Shown in pieces: positions 49,766 to 58,431 of a DNA stretch of 64,000 nt. The stretch's first letter is position 1. Each line of letters begins with the position of its first letter. Under the pieces are notes generated by a model. The model was not told where the DNA came from and did not search any database. It was given only the letters and a program-made list of their open reading frames with translations. The translations under genes were made by a program, and so were the position numbers. This stretch comes from Mustelus asterias (lineage: Eukaryota), in the NCBI RefSeq assembly GCF_964213995.1, contig NC_135820.1:34286001-34350000 (forward strand), given 5' to 3'.

Positions 49766-49855
49766 AAGGATCAGTTTGATCTGTATGCGTTGTACAGCAA
49801 GAACAAGCCACAATCCGATTTCCTACTCAGCAACCACGGCAACAGCTTCTTCAGA
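49766..49855 (+). CDS. RhoGEF exon M KDQFDLYALYSKNKPQSDFLLSNHGNSFFR (DH)
   Basis: Acceptor ttcattccAG, donor gtatgt; YxxYSKNKP motif. Confidence 0.95.
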
Positions 49856-50018
49856 GTATGTGGTTCAATTATCTGTGCAGTTGTGTAGGACCCTTATATT
49901 ACCGAGACACTCACTGCTTTCAGCCTTCTGGCCAGGTCTCCCGGAGATAACTCAAAGCAATATCCAGGCTGACACACTTCCTTGTGTTGACTGGAGACAG
50001 CGATTCAAAATTTCTCTC

Positions 50019-50333
50019 TTTTTTTTTAATACTTTTTCAATTCAATCAAATCAAATCCAATTCAGAGTCTCAACAAGTTGAGACATTTCCGATCCAGGCT
50101 GACAAGACAGGGCGGGTGACTAAGCCACCCTGTCCTGGGCCTGATCTACATGAGTCAAGCTGATTGGAGAAGCGGGAGGATCCTCCTCCAAGACTTGAGC
50201 TCATTTGCATCTTAGCCAAAAGGCCGAGATGCCGCTTTTAAAAATTGCTTCATATGAAACATATGAAGCCTCAGCGTAACCTCATGACCTCAACCAAGTG
50301 CAGATCCGATACTACACTTGATCTTAGCCAAAA
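50019..50333 (-). mobile_element. U2 snRNA-headed SINE-like element (two U2 5' segments, hairpins, A-rich tail)
   Basis: 50308-50333 = U2 nt 15-40 and 50209-50229 = U2 nt 7-27 (minus strand); A9 tail at 50019-50027. Confidence 0.7.
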
Positions 50334-51661
50334 TCCAATTTTGCTTCCAAACATGGGAGAAACCAAGTTTAAATTTCTCAGCTCCACGCTCCTGACAAGT
50401 GTTTCAAGTTGGTGCATCACACCAGTCTGATGGAAATTAAACATCCCGCTATAGTATCCCAGTAATACTTCCAGGAGCATCAATTTTGATTTTTCTATAT
50501 ATGTACAAATGAAAGTTGTTGGCTGTCTGAGAGATCGATTGGCACCTCCATCCACAAACATTCACTCCCTCCACTGCCGGTGCACAGTAGCAGCAGTGTT
50601 CCACCTAAAAGATGCACTCTTTAGGAACTCAGCAAGGAAAAGCAATAAAACTGGGAAATACTGGTCCAATCTGGTCTTATGTACCTTAAACGAGACACCA
50701 GTAAAAACTGGGAAATAAAAATACTGGTCCAAACTCTAAGGTGCTGTACCCACCTTCCAAACTCATGATCACTACCATCTAGAAGGACAAGGGCAACAGA
50801 TATATGGGAATACCAACTCCTGCAAGTTCCTCTCCAAGTCACTCACCATCTTGACTTGGAAATATATCGCTGTTCCTTCATTGAGTTAAAATCCTGGAAT
50901 TCCCTCCCTAACAGCACTGTGGATATACCTACATGACATGGACTGCAACAGTTCAAAAATGCAACTCACCAACCACTACCTTCTCATGCACAATTAGAGA
51001 TGGGCAATAAATGCTGGATTTGTCACTGAAGCCCATGTCCGTTCAATGAATGAAAAAAAATTGGAGATAAGATGAGCAAAACCCATTTCACTTAGGATTT
51101 TTGTGAGGTTTCCTGTTTGGGAAATAAAGGAGTAATGCTGATTTTATTTTTTCATTCTTTAATTATTCCTTCCACTTTTACCAAGGCTTTTTCTGAGCAC
51201 CAGATCTGCACCCAGAATTTTGCTAATCCCATTGAGAAATTATTTATTGGAATATATCGGATAGCAGTCTGAAAATGACTTGTACACTATGGGGAAGGAT
51301 TTATAAAGGTTTCTTTGATTGCCTTTTCAGTTTCTGATAAACAATTAGGTGAAGTTCTCAACACAGGTTTAATGTATTGTTTCGCTAGTTTTATTCTCAG
51401 AACTTAGTTCACACCAGATATTTTGTGTCCGTGTGTTGGTACCTCAGAAGGTCGGAGAGAGTAAAACATCCCAATGTATCGATCAGCAAGAAAAAAACTT
51501 GCATTATGAAGTATTTCAACACATCGCTTAGAATTGCCCCATGACATTTTCCATGCTGTGGCCAATCCCTCCTTCCTTCAATTGAAAAGGAAGGCAATGA
51601 GAAAAATAATAATCTGGCAGTCATGTGCAAATATTTGACTTGAGATGACAATACTCTACAG

Positions 51662-52134
51662 GTGGGATTTTCCAGTCCTTCCTGCAGGCTTCCTGAGGGA
51701 TCATCTTGTCCTGCCTGATGCGCGATTGATTCACACGGGAGACAAGGTCGTACCCAGGAATAAAGGCTTTTATTCACAACAAGAATAGAGCACACTGCTT
51801 AACAATACTATCCCAGACTAAGGGCTACTAGGAAGTAGCAGTAACCTTTATACCCCTGTAAGAAGGCGGAGCCAAATGGAGTGTACCACAGAACAATGCC
51901 AACAGGTGGAACACCCCAACCCTAACCCCAACAGCAACAGGAGTAACATATGTACAAGTACCCATAGTGGTAACCATCTATGGTTCACCACACTGCCGAA
52001 GGAAGCCAATGTGGTGGGTTCCCCGGCAGACATAGACCGTAGACATCAGCAAGACCAGAAGGTCCTGCTGGTGGCCAATGGTGAGCCGTCTCCACCACTA
52101 GAAAACATGCAGCGGCGAAGCTGGAAAATCCCAC
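51662..52134. mobile_element. MITE (14-bp TIR GTGGGATTTTCCAG/CTGGAAAATCCCAC) interrupted by the solo LTR
   Basis: Perfect terminal inverted repeats; internal similarity to the other MITE copies in the window. Confidence 0.7.
51716..51992 (-). mobile_element. Solo LTR of a related Gypsy subfamily
   Basis: Minus-strand ends TGTGGTGAACCA...CGCGCATCA match the full element; shares AATAAAAGCC; perfect TSD CTGCC (51711-51715, 51993-51997). Confidence 0.9.
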
Positions 52135-52727
52135 TTTTGTCTCCCGTGATCAGAGGGGATTTGGTGCGGAAGTAGAATGTTTTCTATAGCAACTGGAATA
52201 ATATTATCAACACTTTATTTTCCAATGTGCATCAGAAGAGAGTGCTGAATAGCAGAGTGGAGGGCTTAAATAAAGTCATTTCATTGCATAATGGCAAAAC
52301 ATGTCTGCATTGTATAGAATTTAGCTCAAAATTTTGAGCATGAGCCACGAACATATCATGGTCAGGAACACTCAATTTCCTTTAAAATGGGGAAACCTCA
52401 AGAGTACAATGGACTAAGTTTTCTATTACATCATAACCTGAATGGGACCTTGTTACTTCACTGGCGGGAGAGGGGGGTTGGGGGGAGGAATATCGGAAAA
52501 TGAGACCTTGCCAACAAGATTCCTGTTTTCCAGCACTTGCGCCCACATTGCCATTTGTACAAAATCTACCCCCACTCCCCACCGCAGTCTGAGTAAAATT
52601 CACTGGATGGGTATTCAAAACATTCAAAATCTCCCGTGACAACGTTCGAACGCTACTATCTGAAAATCTGCCCCGACAAATTCATGCAATGAAATGGTTT
52701 AAACCTGCTTCCTTTCCCTCGGCACAG

Positions 52728-52952
52728 ACCAAACAGCTGGAATTGGGTGACAAGATGGACCTGGCATCCTACCTACTGAAGCCTATTCAGAGAATCAGCA
52801 AGTACAACTTATTGCTGAGGGATATGTTCAAAGCGTGCAGCACAGCCCAGGAGAAAGAGTGCAAGGATATCCAGGCAGCCCATCAGATTGTGTGTTTCCA
52901 GCTACGCCATGGAAATGATTTGCTTGCAATGGATGCTATACAGGAGTGTGAT
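52728..52952 (+). CDS. RhoGEF exon N TKQLELGDKMDLASYLLKPIQRISKY...HGNDLLAMDAIQECD (DH end)
   Basis: Acceptor ggcacAG, donor gtgagt; DH CR3 motif. Confidence 0.95.
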
Positions 52953-53378
52953 GTGAGTGGAGATTCACTTTAGAATGGTGAAGTTTCATACGCTGTTTTT
53001 GTTTAAATTTAGAAACCATGTTCTTATCACTTATTCTACTAAGAGGAATACTATGAACGTCTCAAAAAGATTATCACTTCCTCTGTAAATTATGACAATT
53101 CCAAATTCCTCAGTATTTCAAAATTGTGAGACATCTGATTTATCAATAATGCAAGGGTACAATATGATTATTCGCAATACTATGTCATCTGGATAGGATG
53201 ATATATTTTAGGTTGTCACTTCACATTTTTCTATTATTTGCTGGAATAGGTTGAGGGCTCTCACACATGCAAATGTCTATAACCTTGTCCATGTAACCAT
53301 CCTTCACAAGTGAGCAATGAAAGTAAGTTTCAATGGTGAGGGTGGCATAGCCAAACTCAATGTTGTCCTCCCCCAATA

Positions 53379-53785
53379 TTTGATTTGATTTATTATTGAC
53401 ACATGTAGTAGTATACAGTGAAGAGTATTGTTTCTTGCATGCTATACAGACAAAGCATACCGTTCATAGAGAAGGAAAGGAGAGTGCAGAATGAAGTGTT
53501 ACAGTCATAATTAAGGTGTAGGGAAAGATCAATTTAGTGCGAGGTAGGTCCATTCAAAAGTCTGATGGCAGCAGGGAAGAAGCTGTTCTTGAGTCAGTTG
53601 GTACGTGACCTCAGACTTTTGTATCTTTTTCCCAAAGGAAGAAGGCAGAAGAGAGAATGTCCAGGGTGTGTGGCGTCCTTAATTATGCTGGCTGCTTTTC
53701 TGAGGCAGCAGAATGTATAGATAGAGTCAATGGATGGGAGGCTGGTTTGTATGACGGATTGGACTACATTCGTGACCGTTTGTGG
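53379..53785 (-). mobile_element. Rex1/Babar-type LINE 3' fragment
   Basis: Colinear with 13670-14190; LPSIDSIYT...HPGHSLF. Confidence 0.8.
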
Positions 53786-55174
53786 TTTCATGTTTCAATA
53801 CCTACATCTGGGCATTTTTCACGATGGGCAGAATACAATGCTGCCTGAGGGAGTGGGGATTGAGGTGGGTGAGGCTTGAATTGTGCAGGAGGAGCTGAGT
53901 CAATTCTCCAAGGTTGGGATAAAATTATCCTGGCGACGGGGAGGAAGTGGAAGAGTAATACTGACACAATGTGACAAGAAGATAATTTTAATGGTTTTGT
54001 ATTTCATTATTGTTCATAAATGTGGAACTTTTTGCGATTAAATCATATATTTGGATTTAAGTGTGAGGTGCATGAGGATCACAGGCCTTCAGATCGATCC
54101 CCAGCTGTTTATTTCTGGCAGTGAACAGGTGGGTCAGTCTATGAAGGGAAGTGAGGCGCTTGGAGCTGCCTGTCACAACTCAGCCATTTTCTTTGAAGCG
54201 GGGAGCAAAGGCTGTGATTCACTGTGGGAAGAAAGTAAAAATTGGGTGACAACATTAGGATCATTCAATCCATACAAATAAAGGGGACAAGACTAATCTC
54301 AAACTATAACATGAGGGTTGAACACCATGGCGCACCAATTTTCTCACTCTTTCTCATATATTTACAAACATTACAACACAGTGCAATCCCAACATTTGCA
54401 ACTAAGCTGGAAGCTGCCCCCATTGCCTGAGATGATGTTGACCACCATCCTCTGGTTGCCCTCAGCCTGGAGGCCCCAGCATGCTGAGGAGCATCCTGCA
54501 CAGGTGCATCATCTCTGGCCATGGCTAGTCAATGCACTGGGGTCACTACAGAGGGGCCCAGGAGTGGTTGCTCACCTCCAGAGTACCCTGAGAGGTGCAC
54601 CTATAAGTGGCAGGCTCGCACTCCTCCTCCCTCTCAGTGTCCAGTAGTGCTTCTCAGACTACCTGAGGAGGAGGGACACCTTGATTGATGTCTAGGCATG
54701 TTATCCCCCTCTCACTTGGCTATTGCTGGATAGAGATTATGGCTAGTGCAATGGTATATCGGTGGCAGCTATTGTGGTCCACTCAATCTGGCTCTCCATG
54801 ATAGTCACCAATCTGTCCACGTAGAAAGCCGTGCACACAGGTACTTGAGACATGGCAGGACACTTGATCTGGATGGACTTCTCAGGCTCCACACATGGCT
54901 GTGCATTGTGCCTGGCAGCTCTGCCTGAGGTTCTTTTGCTTGTCGCTGCACTTCTTGAAGGTGACCTCTGCAGTGACATGGATCATGGAGCAGGCTGTGT
55001 CACTGGAATATGAGGACACAAAGAATTAGGTTCAGCTTATTCATAAATCCTCTTCCCATCTCTCCCTGCCGAGCATCTTGTGTCTGTCCAAAGCTGACAC
55101 CAAAACTTGAGGCCTCTTCATTCTCTCCCCTCCACAGTCCTACTTTCCAATCACGAGTACCAGGATCCTCTCTG

Positions 55175-55290
55175 CCCTCCAGCCTATTCCACTGCCTCCT
55201 GTTCAGCAGCTGGGAACATCCTAATGTTGGGCACTCCCCCACCCAGCTTTGCTTGTTCTCTGCTGTTGTGTGCCATTTTTGCTTGCAGTC
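55175..55290 (-). mobile_element. Possible PIF/Harbinger Myb/SANT (trihelix) accessory gene remnant
   Basis: AKMAHNSREQAKLGGGVPNIRMFPAAEQEAVE*AG resembles the KTGGG...EE motif of Harbinger DNA-binding proteins. Confidence 0.4.
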
Positions 55291-56644
55291 AGAAGGGCAG
55301 AATGAGTCTCTGCTTAATGGACAAGTAACCCCTTTATCAGCATGCATTCCTCTGACAGGTAATGGGGCCTCCCAAGTTATCCATCCACACTCCCACTCCC
55401 AGAACACTTGCACAACAATGGAACTAAGAGTCCGTATCTTCGATCCCACATGGAGCCACACCTCATGATGTGCCTGTGGAGGGGGATTATATTTCTTTTT
55501 TCCTCCTGTTTTGTCCCTCCCCATGCTGAGACCCATTGCTTATTGCCCTAATGAGAGGCACTTTGTTCTAATGACAATGGATGGGATTTTCAGCCCCCAC
55601 CCCCCTGCCACAGGCATGTTTTGTGCTGGTGGAGGCCTTTGGCCAGTGCTGAAATTTTCCGGTCCTGTTGCTGTCAATGAATTGTTCTGTTGTTCACACC
55701 CTCTGCCACTGGGTAACATGCAGTGGGGGATGGGGGTGGGGGTGGTGGGGTGGGGGGGTGGAGGGGGGGTGGGCGGGAGGGGGGGGTCAGCAGGACCAGA
55801 AGATCCCACTGGCGGGAAAGGCTGGAAAGTTTTGGCCACTATGTTACTGACCCTGGATAAAAGCAAATTATTGTGGATGCTGGAATCTGAAACCAAAAGA
55901 GAAAATGCTGGAAAATCTCAGTAGGTCTGGCAGCATCTGTAAGGAGAGAAAAGAGCTGACGTTTCGAGTCCAGATGACCCTTTGTCAAAGCAATGTTACA
56001 GACTCTGATGATGTGGAGAAGGTTGTTGACCCATTTTTCACATTGCATCCAGGTGTATCTATGGACCCAAGGCTCCTCGCCTCCACTGCAATCTCTGTCC
56101 ACGCTGTCTTAGTCAGCTGGGAGAGTCTCTCAATACCATCTGTGGAGAAGGGCAGCAATGAATTTGGGCGTTTGGTGACAAAGAGGAAGGTCGAGTCAGG
56201 AGGGTTACTAATGAGTTAGATTCCTTTCAGCCTCTGTAACACCAAAACTGTTGCCTTGTAGTCATTGCAGAAATGTCAGTGTGTCGCTTAAAAATGGCAC
56301 CCGGACATTCGATCCCATCAAGTAATGGAAGGTCCAATACTTCCCTTTCGCCCCTGCTGCCTAATTGGTGGGCTTCATGCCTCTACTGCGTTTATTGGCT
56401 GTCCACCCCATAATTGTGGTTAACCAGCGATTCCCTTCGCTATGGGTAATGCCGCTTTACATCTGGGTCTGCTGCCAGGATCCACGCTGGCACAATTAAA
56501 TTCCACCCTGTGAATAACCATCAAGATTGAGGATCATACCTGACTCTCCTTTTTTGAGTGTGTTGTGTTCATCTGAGCTGATATCCACTGGCTTAGCACA
56601 AACCAGAGAACTTTTATGATCTGTAATTTTCTGTCTTTTTTAAA

Positions 56645-56957
56645 AATCATACAGTGCAGAAGGAGGCCACTCGGCCCATCGAGTCCACACTGACCACAAT
56701 CCCACCCAGGCCCCACCCCCACAACCCTATACATTCACTCTAGCCAGTCCCCCTGACATCAAGGGGCAACTAAACATGGCCAATCCACCTAACCCGCACA
56801 TCTTTGGAGTGTGGGAGGAAACCGGAGCACCCGGAGGAAACCCACGCAGACACGAGGAGAATGTGCAAACTCCACACAGACATTGACTTAAGCTGGGAAC
56901 GGAACCTCGGTCCCTGGCGCTGTGAGGCGGCAGTGCTAACCACTGTGCCACCGTGCC
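56645..56957 (-). mobile_element. HE1-type V-SINE, near full length
   Basis: Head, core and tail present. Confidence 0.88.
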
Positions 56958-57291
56958 GAAACTCACTAGAGCCTGCACAGTTGTCATTAACCCACAGGGA
57001 GTTCCCATCTATTTCGTTTATCAGTTCAATTTAAGTGTTCATAACAGCACCATGGCAGCCCTGAGTACATCTTCATATCTTCTCAAACTTGCTAGAAGCT
57101 ATTTTGAAATCACACCACTCTTACCAATTTTCCATTTTGTCCAAATTTTAAACAGCTGATTGATTGTCAGAGCAAGTCACAAACCGGAAAATCCAGCAGC
57201 AACTACAATGGAATGACCTCATTTTTCTGCTTGAATTAATCAATTCTTGCAACATGGAACAGAGTGCTAATGCCAAACATCTTGTTCCTAG

Positions 57292-57462
57292 GTGAACCTA
57301 AAGGAGCAGGGCCAGTTGTTACGTCAAGATGAATTTGTTGTATGGTGCGGGCGAAGGAAATGGTACAGACACATCTTCCTCTTTGACGAACTCATACTCT
57401 TCAGCAAGACCAGAAAAGCAGAAGGAAGCAATGGCATCTATATTTATAAACAGTCCTTTAAG
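57292..57462 (+). CDS. RhoGEF exon O VNLKEQGQLLRQDEF...YIYKQSFK (PH domain first half)
   Basis: Acceptor ttgttcctAG, donor AAG|gtagag; RHIFLFDELILFSK PH motif. Confidence 0.95.
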
Positions 57463-58136
57463 GTAGAGTTTGTACATTTTCTAGTCTTCTCAACTATACT
57501 GTTTGATGGAAATAAGATATATTTAATAGAATATCAAATATTCTGCTTAATATTAGATGGCCCAATTGGGAATTTTTGCATCTGGGACGACATATAAACT
57601 GTGTGAGGATATTGTGAAGATAGCCTATGAATTAGCTTGAACCTTTAGGTAGCCTTTTCAATACATTAGCATGAAAGCTTTAATTAACAAGCAAAGTTAT
57701 GATGTTATAACACCACTACTTATCTCATGCTTGTATATTTGTGTTTAACCTATTTTCCTGCAAGACCTTTAGAGTTTTTAAAGACTTTAAACTATCTGGC
57801 TGGAATAAAATTATTTTGATAAAGTACTGTTAAAGGCATTAATTAAATTATGGCAAACTTATAATTAGTTAATATTGGCTAAATTCTATTGCCTTTTCTC
57901 TTGAGAAGTTGAATGTTATGTTTTATTGCAGGTACAGCAGGTTAGGTTGATTTTTGGGGGGCTGAGTTAGAACCATTGCAATTTAAGTTTAGTTTCTGTA
58001 AGCAAGGATAAGGTCAGAGTGTAAGGCGCATGCTCATTTCAACATTAGATCAATTAGTAGCTTTCTCGGTTTTTACAGATTGTTCTAGCTGCATCTGTAA
58101 CAAAATGGTGGCTGATACTACAACCTAATGGGCCTG

Positions 58137-58389
58137 TGTGGTGAACCATCGTTGGTTGCCACTGTGGGGGTTGTATAATGTTGTTGGGTTAGGGTGTTTA
58201 CCTGTGGTAGATGTTGTTATGGCACATCCCGGTCGGGCCCCGCCTCCTGGGGAGAGGTATAAGACCCTCTGCTCCGGCGGGACCCCTCCAGTCTGAACTG
58301 GTGTACTCGTGTTAGTTAGTTCCATTGTTTGCTAATAAAAGCCTTCAATAGCTGAAGCCTTGTTCCACGTGCTTGATTGTCGCGCATCA
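58137..58389 (+). repeat. 5' LTR (GC box ~58238, TATAAGA 58258-58264, AATAAA 58334-58339)
   Basis: Direct repeat of 62471-62723. Confidence 0.97.
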
Positions 58390-58431
58390 ATTTTATTAGC
58401 AAACATAAAACTCTCAACAGTAAAAGGGAGT

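Larger units (their letters stand above)
4451..57462 (+). other. Partial multi-exon gene: PLEKHG4/PLEKHG4B/ARHGEF40 (puratrophin-1/Solo) family Rho guanine exchange factor, 15 internal exons
   Basis: 15 AG/GT-bounded exons with consistent phases give 2888 nt (~962 codons) without a stop. Motifs LLHSGVACLPGSRDKAGRAV, LLLYLYSIPRKEVRDLGL, DH domain (TEREYVRSL...YLLKPIQRISKY) and PH start (VNLKEQGQLLRQDEF) match the family from memory; the exact paralog is not resolved. Confidence 0.92.

Noticed and set aside
49912-49975. Third, + strand U2-like segment (GCTTTCAGCCTTCTGGCCAGG) and a 13-bp repeat ATCCAGGCTGACA shared with 50092-50104
   Set aside because: About 17/22 identity with a gap, and a single 13-mer, are too weak to call without a search; the 13-mer does not flank the element like a TSD.
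50209-50333. Functional U2 snRNA gene
   Set aside because: Only nt 15-40 and 7-27 are present; there is no Sm site or 3' stem-loops.
55720-55790. G-rich tract as a regulatory G-quadruplex
   Set aside because: It is a low-complexity expansion inside a MITE with no evidence of function.
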